The notes under the pieces are model-generated. The model saw only the letters and a list, made by a program, of their open reading frames with translations, was not told where the DNA came from and did not search any database. The translations under genes were made by a program, and so were the position numbers. Shown piece by piece: positions 19,763 through 29,384 of a stretch of 64,000 nucleotides of DNA. Within the stretch, counting starts at the first letter, position 1. The number at the start of each line of letters is the position of its first letter. Where the stretch lies: contig CAVRCF010000005.1 of assembly GCA_963719505.1 (NCBI GenBank), forward strand, positions 480,001-544,000, written 5' to 3'. The DNA comes from Halobacteriovoraceae bacterium. GTDB taxonomy: Bacteria; Bdellovibrionota; Bacteriovoracia; Bacteriovoracales; Bacteriovoracaceae.

Positions 19763-20496
19763 GAATAGACACCAGTCAATTTGTAATAATAAATGCGCAA
19801 AATGTCTTTAAGCATATAGATGCCGTCTTTTAGGACTTTCACGCTTTTTCCATCTTGGGATCTCAAAGTAACGCATGTCTTTTTAATATTCATTTTTAAA
19901 AGTGTAGCAATCAAAATAATTTCTGTATCGATAGCGAATCTATTGACTCGGGAGAGGCCAAAAAGCTTTTTGCCAATGGACGATTTAAAGGACTTAAAAC
20001 CGACTTGGGTATCAATTCTTTTTCCTAAAAGAGGATAAGTTGCATAGGTATAGAGCAAACTAAAAAAAGCTCTCTTTAACCCAACCTTTGATCCATAACG
20101 ACTCCGATTAAGACTTCTATCACCTAAAACTAAATCCGCCCTATTCTCTGCCAAAGCACTGAGGGACTCTAAAACGAAGTCAAAATTATAGGGAATATCT
20201 GAATCGGTGAAAGTGATAACATCACACTTGGCACAATCGAAGCCTCTTCTCAAAGCCTCTCCCTTTCCTGTGTTTTCCGAAATATAGATATAGTTAAACC
20301 CATAGGCTTGAGCTAATTTTTTCGTCATTTTTCTTTCAATAAGTTCACTTCCATCGTCGACAATAATCACCTCAAAAGAAATTTCTTTTTCATTAAGATG
20401 AGAAAGCAAATAATCAATATTAAGTTCCAGAGCTTTAGAGGAATTAAAGCAAGGGATCACAAAGCTTACTGATAGAGGTTTTACTAGACTAGTCAT
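19756..20496 (-). CDS. GT2 glycosyltransferase, polyprenyl/dolichyl-phosphate glycosyltransferase-like
   Basis: IPCFN, IVDDGS, NTGKGEA, DSD, GDR, DTQVGFK and FAIDTEI; start overlaps the upstream stop codon. Confidence 0.88.
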   Translation of the reverse strand: MTSLVKPLSVSFVIPCFNSSKALELNIDYLLSHLNEKEISFEVIIVDDGSELIERKMTKKLAQAYGFNYIYISENTGKGEALRRGFDCAKCDVITFTDSDIPYNFDFVLESLSALAENRADLVLGDRSLNRSRYGSKVGLKRAFFSLLYTYATYPLLGKRIDTQVGFKSFKSSIGKKLFGLSRVNRFAIDTEIILIATLLKMNIKKTCVTLRSQDGKSVKVLKDGIYMLKDILRIYYYKLTGVYSQ

Positions 20497-21862
20497 GAGC
20501 CAATGTTTTCGCCTTTTCATAAAATTCACTATATTCTGGAAAGTACTTTAAGAAGTTCATCTGTCGTCTATGTTCGATTTTTTCAGTGAAGGCATAAAAG
20601 TCTTTCATCGTCTGATCTGATACATCATTGTTTGAAATACCTTTTTTAATGCTGTACATGAAAGGCAAGTAGGCACTCCATCTTTGCGCTGAATTTTCAC
20701 CAAAAGCGGTACATCTAAAGATTCCGGCCTCTGGGTTGGCAAGCTTGGTCTCAACTAATTCGATACATTTATCAACATAGTGCTCAAACTCTGGTCCCAG
20801 TGTGTAGGGAGAAAGATAGTCCGGGGCAACAACAATATTTTCTTTGTAATCGATTAAAACGTTATATTTATTTTGTAACTCCCAAGCGTACTCTAGAAGA
20901 TTTGAGAGACTTGAGATACACAAATTATTAATAGCAAGCTGAAGACCAAATCTAAAATTTGGAAAACGCCTCTCAAGAGTGTTGGTGATATTCTCAACCA
21001 TAATATGCCAATTGGCACCGGCTCTGATATATTCTGTTTTTTTATCAAAAGATTCCCCTGAGACTTCAAGGTGAACGATATAATTTTTTGATAGTTCTTC
21101 AACAGTATCTAAGAACTCATTAAACTTTTTGACTGGGATTCCAAAGTTAGAAATAATTTGAATAATTGGTTTTTCATGGATAGATAAGTCCTTGGGAGTT
21201 CTTCTGTTTATCTCTTCCAAGTAGTGCAGAAAGTTTTTATTAACAAGAGGCTCTCCCCCAATAAAAATAATTCTCTTTAATGTTTTTTTTATTTTATCAA
21301 ACCACAGCCAAAAGTACTCATCAAAGGCCTCTGGTTTTGTGGTGGTGTTTCGATGCATTGACTCTTTTGATCGATCGCCAAATTTAACACTCTCACGCTC
21401 CCATTCAGTACTAAAGTCATCTGAGCAGTAAACGCATTTATAATTACACTGGTTACTTAGGGCAATCTCTAAAAGCTCAGGTTGGTCGGCCCTTAGATAT
21501 TTTTCTTCTTTTTTGTATTTGATTTCGTCGAAGGATTTATTCTCACCAGTTTGAGTATTCATCCACTGAGTAAAAGGTTCAGCTCCAGTTCTAGAGCTCA
21601 TTAGCCCTTTATCCTCTAAAATGATGCAGCTAAAACAATCTTTGTGTCTTAGACCATCAAGTTTCTCCCTTCTACGTTCTAATAAATAGGGATGATTGAT
21701 AAAGGCATCTGTGCCATAAAGTTTAAAGTCTTCGTCGGTTAATTGATAATTGATTGTCTTATCACAAGTTCTAATCTGGCCTCGATCGACCATGATAACA
21801 GGATAGCTCCATCTCCACTTACAAATAGTTTTCTCGGGTTCAAACTGACCTTCAATTCTCAT
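20489..21862 (-). CDS. N-terminal twitch-domain radical SAM protein
   Basis: N-terminal CKWRW...RTC...CFSC; SNQCNYKCVYC, IGGEPL, EYIRAGANW; GAGGAG RBS. Confidence 0.88.
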   Translation of the reverse strand: MRIEGQFEPEKTICKWRWSYPVIMVDRGQIRTCDKTINYQLTDEDFKLYGTDAFINHPYLLERRREKLDGLRHKDCFSCIILEDKGLMSSRTGAEPFTQWMNTQTGENKSFDEIKYKKEEKYLRADQPELLEIALSNQCNYKCVYCSDDFSTEWERESVKFGDRSKESMHRNTTTKPEAFDEYFWLWFDKIKKTLKRIIFIGGEPLVNKNFLHYLEEINRRTPKDLSIHEKPIIQIISNFGIPVKKFNEFLDTVEELSKNYIVHLEVSGESFDKKTEYIRAGANWHIMVENITNTLERRFPNFRFGLQLAINNLCISSLSNLLEYAWELQNKYNVLIDYKENIVVAPDYLSPYTLGPEFEHYVDKCIELVETKLANPEAGIFRCTAFGENSAQRWSAYLPFMYSIKKGISNNDVSDQTMKDFYAFTEKIEHRRQMNFLKYFPEYSEFYEKAKTLAHD

Positions 21863-21953
21863 CTAAAACTCCTCTGGTGAGCCTAAATGTTAAGTTATGC
21901 AATGATAGATGGAAAGATTTTTATCAAAGGATTATTAATAAATCTCTAATGAT

Positions 21954-22058
21954 TTATTTTTTTACTTCGACCTTTACTTTCTTTGGCTGCTTGGACTTTG
22001 CAAATCCATAAGCGATGATAGATAAAACTGCGGCTGTGGCTAAAAGTGTCATTGTCAT
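21954..22058 (-). CDS. Small 34-aa single-TM protein
   Basis: Not in the ORF track: MTMTLLATAAVLSIIAYGFAKSKQPKKVKVEVKK. Strong AGGAGG RBS and an upstream GCCGATAA box. Confidence 0.65.
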   Translation of the reverse strand: MTMTLLATAAVLSIIAYGFAKSKQPKKVKVEVKK

Positions 22059-22076
22059 GATGCCCTCCTGTAAACC

Positions 22077-22084
22077 TTATCGGC
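22077..22084 (-). promoter_or_regulatory. Possible sigma28 -10 element
   Basis: Perfect GCCGATAA on the minus strand upstream of the small ORF; no canonical TAAA at 15-nt spacing. Confidence 0.45.
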
Positions 22085-22211
22085 TACTTACTTCATATTA
22101 TAACAACAAAATTCAATAAAATAGCCTAAAATAATTTCTTTACCTGACATTTATCTTTGACGAGTATATAATTAACCTACTTTCAATCATTTAGAACTGT
22201 TCGGAGCAAAT

Positions 22212-23633
22212 ATGCTGGAAAAGCTAACGACGGCCCAAAAGGCTTTAAAAATTAACCTAGATCCAAATATCTATGGCACATTCGCCGAAATCGGTGCTGG
22301 TCAAGAGGTTGCCGGAAATTTCTTTAAAGCTGGTGCGGCCAGTGGAACAGTGGCCAAGTCAATTTCAGCTTACGATATGATCTTCTCAGACAGTATCTAT
22401 GGTAAAGAACCTTCAGGGCGATACGTCTGTCAATCTCGGCTCAATAAAATGATAAAGTATGAATACGACCTCGTTCTTGAGAGACTTTTAACAAGTAGAA
22501 ACTCTGGTAAATATTTTGCCTTCGCCAACACTGTATCAGCTCGAAACTTTCATGGCACTAATGAAGCTCATGGATGGATGGGCTTACGATTTCAGCACGA
22601 AGAAAGTAGTGATGCCTCCGACATCGTCATCCACATTAGAATGCATGACAATTCGAATTTACTGCAGCAAAAGGCCATAGGGATTCTTGGCGTTAACATG
22701 ATTTACGCCAGCTACTTCTCTAGCGGCAATCTAAAGAACTTCGTACAAACTCTTATGGATAACTTGGGACGAGAAAGAATTGAAATCGATATGATCTCGG
22801 TAGCTGGTCCGGCTTTTGCACATTTTGATAATAGACTTGTGAATCTAAAATTGCTCGAGTTGGGCCTCACAGATGCAGTGCTTTTTGATAAAGCGGGAAA
22901 GATTACCTTACCCAGCGAGGAACTCTATAAAAAGAATATTCTTATCGCTCGTGGAAGTTATCGCCCACCTACATACGTAAACTCAGATATTATGAAAACG
23001 GGGATCGAGAACTTCTCAAAAGATGTAAGTTCCAAAAAAGATGAAATTTTAAATCTCGCTGAAATAACGATCACAAATTTAAATTCAGCTGGAGAATTTG
23101 CAAATGAAGACTTTCTCGCAAGAGTCGATCTTTTAACCAGTATGAACCAACCCGTTATTATTACCAACTTTGCCCAGTATTTTAAACTATCTAATTATCT
23201 CCAGCGATTCAAACCAAAGAAGATTGCCATTGTTCTTGGTGCCTATAACTTCATGCAAATTTTCGATACCGAGTACAGCGAAAGAACCGAAAGTGTCCTG
23301 GATTCAGTTTCGCAACTGTTAAAGCCAAACGTGTGCATTTACCTGTACCCTTTTAAAGAAGAAAACCAAAGTGATGACCTCATCAGTCTGGCGACAATGG
23401 AAGTGTCTAAAGACAATCAATACCTTTTAGAGCATATCAAACACTCAAAGCAGGTCAAAGATCTTCAAGGAGTCGATAATTCGCTCCTTCATATTTATTC
23501 CAGAAAAGTTCTAACAATGATCACTTCATCTGAGCCCGGTTGGGAGAAATATGTTCCTGATGAAATTTCAAAAACAATAAATGAAAAATGCCTCTTTGGA
23601 CACCCATGTGATTTTCCAGAAAAAGAAGACTAA
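22212..23633 (+). CDS. Nucleotidyltransferase-like conserved protein (NMN adenylyltransferase-like family)
   Basis: KALKINL..IYGTFAEIGAGQEVA, GAASGTVAKSISAYD and RGSYRPPT (HIGH-like) are typical of this conserved family; function uncertain. Confidence 0.6.
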   Translation: MLEKLTTAQKALKINLDPNIYGTFAEIGAGQEVAGNFFKAGAASGTVAKSISAYDMIFSDSIYGKEPSGRYVCQSRLNKMIKYEYDLVLERLLTSRNSGKYFAFANTVSARNFHGTNEAHGWMGLRFQHEESSDASDIVIHIRMHDNSNLLQQKAIGILGVNMIYASYFSSGNLKNFVQTLMDNLGRERIEIDMISVAGPAFAHFDNRLVNLKLLELGLTDAVLFDKAGKITLPSEELYKKNILIARGSYRPPTYVNSDIMKTGIENFSKDVSSKKDEILNLAEITITNLNSAGEFANEDFLARVDLLTSMNQPVIITNFAQYFKLSNYLQRFKPKKIAIVLGAYNFMQIFDTEYSERTESVLDSVSQLLKPNVCIYLYPFKEENQSDDLISLATMEVSKDNQYLLEHIKHSKQVKDLQGVDNSLLHIYSRKVLTMITSSEPGWEKYVPDEISKTINEKCLFGHPCDFPEKED

Positions 23634-24582
23634 TTATCTTACATTCGTTATAGGTCTTCTTTTATCTGGAGCCTCACTGACATATATTTTAATGCAAACT
23701 CCTTTTGAAGAGTTTAAAGAACACCTAACTTCTATTGATCCAATATTTTTCTCCTTATCTATCCTCGTCAATATTCTTGGATATTTTATTCACGCAACGA
23801 GATGGAGAATACTCTTTGAGGGGAAATATCCTCTTTTTGCTTTCTATCACTCCATTACGATAGGAAACCTGGCCAATACTATTCTACCGAGTAAAAGTGG
23901 TGAACTCCTAAGGCCACTGGCGCTTAAAACTCAAATTGGTGTCTCATACGCAAAAGCTCTCAGTAATTGCTTCTTAGAGCGTCTTTTTGATATTGTTTTT
24001 GGTCTAACAATTCTTTTCTTTTCTATAATCTATCTCGATTTACTTGAAAAGTTTGAGATCTTCAGAAGTGGAATACTGATAACAGTGGCGTTAATAGTAC
24101 TTCTATTTTTCATTATCATTTTTGCTTTAAAAATTGATTTAAAAAGATTTATCCATTCAGCTCCCATTAATGGCTTTTTCCTGAACTTAAAAGAGCAATT
24201 TCAGCATCTGGTAAAAGCTCGTGTAACGTTGAAAATGATAGTGATGACAACTATTTTTTGGAGTGCTGGGGTTTTAATTTTTTACTTTCTCCTACTATCA
24301 TCACCTCTTCCTGAAGCTCTTCAGACTCTGCCTTTTGCTGCTTTTTTAAGTTCAGCGATGGGAATAACGCTTTCACTACCAAGTGCGCCTGCGAATATTG
24401 GCGTGTTCAATCTAACAATTATTATACTAATGAAAATTTATTTGGAGCAAAATGCCATTAAAGTGGATGATACTTTGGAGGCGCAAATTGTTGCCTCATC
24501 TATCGTTATCCATTTGGGATCACTGATACCTGATTTCGTCATGGGAAGTTTGTCTATGATTAAAATGAGTCGATTAAATTAA
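23581..24582 (+). CDS. UPF0104 / lysylphosphatidylglycerol synthase TM-domain membrane protein (flippase-like)
   Basis: RW, NTILPSKSGELLR, ERLFD and PSAPANIG motifs; multiple TM segments; true start may be slightly downstream. Confidence 0.85.
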   Translation: MKNASLDTHVIFQKKKTNYLTFVIGLLLSGASLTYILMQTPFEEFKEHLTSIDPIFFSLSILVNILGYFIHATRWRILFEGKYPLFAFYHSITIGNLANTILPSKSGELLRPLALKTQIGVSYAKALSNCFLERLFDIVFGLTILFFSIIYLDLLEKFEIFRSGILITVALIVLLFFIIIFALKIDLKRFIHSAPINGFFLNLKEQFQHLVKARVTLKMIVMTTIFWSAGVLIFYFLLLSSPLPEALQTLPFAAFLSSAMGITLSLPSAPANIGVFNLTIIILMKIYLEQNAIKVDDTLEAQIVASSIVIHLGSLIPDFVMGSLSMIKMSRLN

Positions 24583-24959
24583 GGAGCTTGCTGGCCAGAA
24601 AGTGACCTACCCGTTTTAAGTCTTCTATACAGAAAAGGTCTATTCTCTCTTTGATGATAAAAATCTTTTTTCAAAAGAAGATCTAAATCTTTTTTAAGAT
24701 TCACAGACCGATAAAGTCTTTTTTCAATTTTTCTATAGTCTTGTTCTGTTAACTTATAAAGGCGCTCATTCAGAGCATTGCTGACCAGTGGAGATGACAA
24801 TACCTCTACACATTTTTCATCAAATATGATCTGGTTATTTAATGTTGAGACGATTTGAGATTTTTTAGATAAAGTATTTCTACAAACTTTCATTGCTTGT
24901 CCGTAGGAGTATATATTATTTATCCATAGTGGTTCTTCGTTTAAGTAAGACTCTGTCAC
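24579..24959 (-). CDS. Hypothetical protein
   Basis: 126-aa ORF downstream of a lipoprotein gene on the same strand. Confidence 0.55.
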   Translation of the reverse strand: MTESYLNEEPLWINNIYSYGQAMKVCRNTLSKKSQIVSTLNNQIIFDEKCVEVLSSPLVSNALNERLYKLTEQDYRKIEKRLYRSVNLKKDLDLLLKKDFYHQRENRPFLYRRLKTGRSLSGQQAP

Positions 24960-24973
24960 TCTTGATAGTTTAT

Positions 24974-25552
24974 CTATATACTTTTTTTTTGAAACTCTTC
25001 AATATTTTTCATCTCAAGCTGAAGCTTTGCCTCATATGCTGTTGCAATCGATTGTTTAAGATGAAGATATTCATAACCAGTAATATTTGGATTTTGCTTG
25101 AAGTAAGCATTAAGCGTCCCCATTGAGTCTCTCTCAACATATTGAGACATACATTTTTCTAAAAAGTAATTAGCATTTTTTAGACAAAAATCTCGTCTTG
25201 TCGATACATGTTTGTCCAGAGTATCAGAGAGATTTGAGATTATTCCTTCAGTAATTTGTGAAACTTCGACCTTTAAAGCGGGATAAGATTTAAGAGTGTT
25301 GATTCCCAATCTTTTAATTTTCTTAGTGTAGCAGTTTTGTGAATCTGGAGAATTAACAGAGCAGTAAACAAATATTTGTCTTGGGTCAATGGTCCCAGAT
25401 TTTGAACTCGCTATTGCTCGCGATTGAAGCTTACTTGTGAAATGTCCAGTGGCCTTGATTGAAGACTTCTGACAACTAGATAAAAAAGAGGCGAAAACCA
25501 ATAAGACTAATCCGTTTACCAATGTCAAAGTCACCATTTTATCTTGTTTCAT
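24974..25552 (-). CDS. Hypothetical lipoprotein
   Basis: Hydrophobic N-terminus with LSSC lipobox; GGAGG RBS. Confidence 0.7.
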   Translation of the reverse strand: MKQDKMVTLTLVNGLVLLVFASFLSSCQKSSIKATGHFTSKLQSRAIASSKSGTIDPRQIFVYCSVNSPDSQNCYTKKIKRLGINTLKSYPALKVEVSQITEGIISNLSDTLDKHVSTRRDFCLKNANYFLEKCMSQYVERDSMGTLNAYFKQNPNITGYEYLHLKQSIATAYEAKLQLEMKNIEEFQKKSI

Positions 25553-25580
25553 CTCATGCCCTCCAAAAGCTGTTAATAGC

Positions 25581-25607
25581 TTATCGGAGGGAGCTCAAAA
25601 TACTTTA
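25581..25607 (-). promoter_or_regulatory. Sigma28 (FliA)-type promoter
   Basis: Minus strand TAAA-gtattttgagctccc (15 nt)-TCCGATAA. Confidence 0.7.
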
Positions 25608-25632
25608 GCAAAATGTTCAGGTTTTTTTTAAA

Positions 25633-28200
25633 TTACAAGCCCGTTAGATTTTTCGATACGATTTCATAGGTGTCTTTGGACAAGTTTGCACCCATAAGCC
25701 TTTGTAATTCCTGCTTTAATAATTGAGAACGATGGGAATCGAGCTTTGATCCATGATTGAGCAAAGTCGCCATTCTTGACGCCAATGAAGGATTATACTT
25801 ATCAGTGACAAGGATCTTTGTTGCAAGATGCTTATACCCACTTCCATCAATAGCATTAAAAAGGGCTGGGTTTCCACCAATAAAGCCTCTGTTGACCGAG
25901 CGCACGAGGTTTGGAACTTTAGGGTTATAGATGGGTAAATTCTCAAGAGCGATGATATCTTCTATTGTATTTTTTGGGTCGGCCGCTAGAGTGACAAGCC
26001 ACTTTTGCATGACAAGTGTCTCTTTATTCCATTTTTCATAGAATTTTTTCGCCATCCCCTCTTTCGCTTTAGGAAAATAATTAACAACACAATTGAGGTA
26101 CAGCAATTCATCGTTCATATTGTTTACATGACTAGAAGCTTCCTCAATGAGTTTCAAAATCTCGTCTTTACCTGTGGCACTTAGGTAGCTCAGGGCGACT
26201 TTCTTCAGAGACCTTGCTCCCATACTTTTGGCATCGAGCTCAAACTTATCAGAAACCATGGCCTTATAAATGGACATAAATTCTGAATAGTAACTAGTGG
26301 CAAGCTCCGACTTTAAAAACTTAAGGGCTTCTTTTACATTTTCATAGTCATGAATGGCCAATTTTTGATTGAGCTGCATTTGACTAGGTAGACTTATAGC
26401 AAGTGCTCTAAAGGCATCATCCAGATTCTCGTTCAATAAAAGAGCTCCAAAGGCCTCTTTAAAGTCTTTGTTGACAGCGAGTTGATCCCGGGCCTTCAAC
26501 TGAGAAATAAGGTTCAGGGTTTCGTTGAAATAGAGTTTAAAAGCCGCATCATACTGATTGAAGGGATCTAGGTCATAGGCCATTCTTACCATAAGGTCCT
26601 GTCGTGTGGACTCATCTTCAACGATCACCGGGGCACTGAAATTAGTGTTCCAAGAGGTTATTGGCTTTGAAGGAATATTTTTAAAGCTAAATGTCTCAGT
26701 TTTCTTCGTGAGTTCAACTTGTTCTTTTAAAAGAAGTTTTCCATTTTGGTCATAAAGAGAAAAAGGAAAAGGCATATGTAGAGAGTCTCTCTCGTTATTC
26801 GTTTTTACGACCTGGTTAACAGTAAATGAAAACTCTCCATTTTTATAGTTCGACACAATTTTTAAAACAGGTGTTCCATTTTGATCATACCAAGTCTTAA
26901 AGTGTTCAAGATTTACACCCGAAGCATCTTGCATAGCTGCAACAAAATCCTCTGTCGTCACCGCCTGCCCATCGTGGCGCTCAAAATAAAGATCCATCCC
27001 AGCTCTAAAATTTTTTGGGCCTATAAGGGTATGAATCATCCGGATAACCTCAGCCCCTTTTTCATAAATCGTTGCCGTATAGAAGTTATTGATTTCAATA
27101 TAGGATTTTGGCTTTATTGGATGACTCATAGGTCCTGCATCTTCGGGGAATTGAGCAGAACGAAGGCCAGAGACATCTTCAATTCTCTTAACAGGTCTTG
27201 AAAGCATATCTGAAGAAAACTCTTGGTCTCTAAAAACAGTTAAGCCCTCTTTCAGTGTCAGCTGAAACCAATCTCTACAGGTGACTCTATTTCCCGTCCA
27301 GTTGTGAAAATATTCGTGAGCAATAACGGCTTCAATTCCTTGAAAGTCACTATCTGTGGCTGTCTCTTTCTTTGCCAAAACATAGCTAGAATTGAAGATA
27401 TTAAGTCCTTTGTTCTCCATCGCCCCCATATTAAAGGCATCGACGGCCACAATCATATAAATATCAAGATCGTATTCAAGACCAAAAGTATCTTCATCCC
27501 ACTTCATGGAATGTTGTAATGATCTCATCGCATGAGCACATTTGTCTTCATTACCATGGTCAACATAGATTTCTAAATCGACTTTTCTGTTTGATCGAGT
27601 TGTAAATGTATCTTTAACAAGAGCTAAATCCCCTGCTACCAAAGCGAATAGGTAGGCTGGCTTTTTAAACGGATCTTCCCACTTAACAAAATGCCTTCCA
27701 TCTTTAAGCCCACCCTCTTCAATTTTATTACCGTTGGATAAAAGAATAGGATATTTCTTTTTATCAGCAGAAATCCTTGTCGTAAATTTGGCCATTACAT
27801 CTGGTCGATCTTGATAGAAAGTGATTCTTCTAAAGCCCTCTGCCTCGCACTGAGAGCAAAATATATTGCCCGACTTGTATAAACCATCAAGAGTGAAGTT
27901 ATTTTGAGGCTCAATTTCAACAATTGTTCTTAGAACAAATTGATCTGCTTTAGGATTGAGAGTTAAAGTTTCATTCTCATAGGTATAGTCAACAACTTCG
28001 TGCTGATCAATTTCAATCTTTAAGATTTTTAGGTCAATCCCATCGAGAGTTAAATCATGCCTTTGAGTATACTCATCATTTCTCTCAATTTTTAAAATCG
28101 ATTCAACAATTGTTTTGTCTTCATGGATATCAATATTGAGATCAATGGTTTTAATCCAATAAAAAGGTCTTTGATAATCTGATAATTTAATTTCTTTCAT
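25633..28200 (-). CDS. pepN: Aminopeptidase N
   Basis: QCEAEGFR, MGAMENKG, HEYFHNW...KEG and YEKGAEV. Confidence 0.97.
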   Translation of the reverse strand: MKEIKLSDYQRPFYWIKTIDLNIDIHEDKTIVESILKIERNDEYTQRHDLTLDGIDLKILKIEIDQHEVVDYTYENETLTLNPKADQFVLRTIVEIEPQNNFTLDGLYKSGNIFCSQCEAEGFRRITFYQDRPDVMAKFTTRISADKKKYPILLSNGNKIEEGGLKDGRHFVKWEDPFKKPAYLFALVAGDLALVKDTFTTRSNRKVDLEIYVDHGNEDKCAHAMRSLQHSMKWDEDTFGLEYDLDIYMIVAVDAFNMGAMENKGLNIFNSSYVLAKKETATDSDFQGIEAVIAHEYFHNWTGNRVTCRDWFQLTLKEGLTVFRDQEFSSDMLSRPVKRIEDVSGLRSAQFPEDAGPMSHPIKPKSYIEINNFYTATIYEKGAEVIRMIHTLIGPKNFRAGMDLYFERHDGQAVTTEDFVAAMQDASGVNLEHFKTWYDQNGTPVLKIVSNYKNGEFSFTVNQVVKTNNERDSLHMPFPFSLYDQNGKLLLKEQVELTKKTETFSFKNIPSKPITSWNTNFSAPVIVEDESTRQDLMVRMAYDLDPFNQYDAAFKLYFNETLNLISQLKARDQLAVNKDFKEAFGALLLNENLDDAFRALAISLPSQMQLNQKLAIHDYENVKEALKFLKSELATSYYSEFMSIYKAMVSDKFELDAKSMGARSLKKVALSYLSATGKDEILKLIEEASSHVNNMNDELLYLNCVVNYFPKAKEGMAKKFYEKWNKETLVMQKWLVTLAADPKNTIEDIIALENLPIYNPKVPNLVRSVNRGFIGGNPALFNAIDGSGYKHLATKILVTDKYNPSLASRMATLLNHGSKLDSHRSQLLKQELQRLMGANLSKDTYEIVSKNLTGL

Positions 28201-28211
28201 AGTATCACCTA

Positions 28212-29093
28212 TTAGGTATTAACAATTAGAGGGGTCCATTTGTCGATAAGAGGAGCAAATAAAAAAGCGAGCATACTAAAGTTTGTCGCCAAAAAAAACG
28301 GAAGCCAAGCAAGTTCACTCTTAGATTCATTCTTGACGTATTTAAAGAACAGCCAAACAACAATAACAGAAAAAGGCAAAACCATAGCAAAATAAGCATA
28401 ACCGAAGTCGACAAAGAAAGGAGACATGATGGCTAAAAAGGCATAGGCCCAAACATAAAATGATATGTGGAAGATGGTTTTATCCTTTCCTATAACCACA
28501 GGTAAAATAGGAAAATCAGCCGCTGCATAATCGTCTTTATAACGAATAGCAAGTGTCCAAAAGTGGGGCATTTGCCACAAGAACATTACCAAAAAAAGAT
28601 AAATACTCTCACTTGAAAAGATATTAGGGTTAACTGCTGCGTACCCTAGTGTACAAGGAAGTGCCCCTGGAATAGCCCCCGGAACAGCTGCAAACTTCCA
28701 CTTCTGCTTCCAGTGCATCGTATAGAAAATATTGTAAAGAGCAATAATAACAAGACCAATATAACAGGAAAGCGGATTAACAAAAAAAAGAATGATTGAA
28801 CCGACAAAAATATTACCTAGGCTTATGAATAAACCCTGTTTTCTTGTCAGCGCACCTGAAGGGATGGGTCTTCCCTGAGTCCTTGGCATTTTTGCATCAC
28901 GCTCTGATTCTTGAACTTGGTTAAGAGATAAAGATCCGCTGGAGATGAGAAATGTTCCAAGAATCATAGAGAGGAAATGCAAAAAGCTAAAAGAGTTTTC
29001 AATTTGAAAGCCAATGCCGTAACCCGCGATAGCGCTGATGACGACAAAGACCACGATTCCAAACTTAAAAAAAACCTTTAGCGTCTTTATCAT
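28212..29093 (-). CDS. cyoE: Protoheme IX farnesyltransferase (heme O synthase)
   Basis: N..E..RD.KMPRT..RPIP and LWQMPHF motifs. Confidence 0.93.
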   Translation of the reverse strand: MIKTLKVFFKFGIVVFVVISAIAGYGIGFQIENSFSFLHFLSMILGTFLISSGSLSLNQVQESERDAKMPRTQGRPIPSGALTRKQGLFISLGNIFVGSIILFFVNPLSCYIGLVIIALYNIFYTMHWKQKWKFAAVPGAIPGALPCTLGYAAVNPNIFSSESIYLFLVMFLWQMPHFWTLAIRYKDDYAAADFPILPVVIGKDKTIFHISFYVWAYAFLAIMSPFFVDFGYAYFAMVLPFSVIVVWLFFKYVKNESKSELAWLPFFLATNFSMLAFLFAPLIDKWTPLIVNT

Positions 29094-29374
29094 TATCTAA
29101 AGAAAAGGTCTGAGTAACAAATTCCTGCAAGGAGAGCGACAAAGCAAAATGAAGAAAAGATAATAACTTTATTCATATTGTTGTCACCCTTTAGGTGCAT
29201 AAAATAAGCAAGTACTAAGGAAACCTTTATAGTCGCAATAAACATTGCCAATATAATATTGGCCGAACCAAGATCGACAAATTTTGCTGTATAAACAGTT
29301 AAAACGGTAAAGACTATTAATGTTAAAAATACGATCAAGTTTGTTTTAAATGGCATTACATGATGATGACCCAT
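29093..29374 (-). CDS. Cytochrome c oxidase subunit IV
   Basis: Three TM segments, K..LV..YFMHL; operon context. Confidence 0.88.
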   Translation of the reverse strand: MGHHHVMPFKTNLIVFLTLIVFTVLTVYTAKFVDLGSANIILAMFIATIKVSLVLAYFMHLKGDNNMNKVIIFSSFCFVALLAGICYSDLFFR

Positions 29375-29384
29375 TACAATCTCC

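Noticed and set aside
13410-21862. Prophage or mobile island boundaries around the radical SAM locus
   Set aside because: No integrase, tRNA, att-like direct repeats or phage structural genes were seen.
22212-23633. TonB-dependent receptor (a label often attached to this family)
   Set aside because: No signal peptide, beta-barrel pattern or C-terminal Phe.
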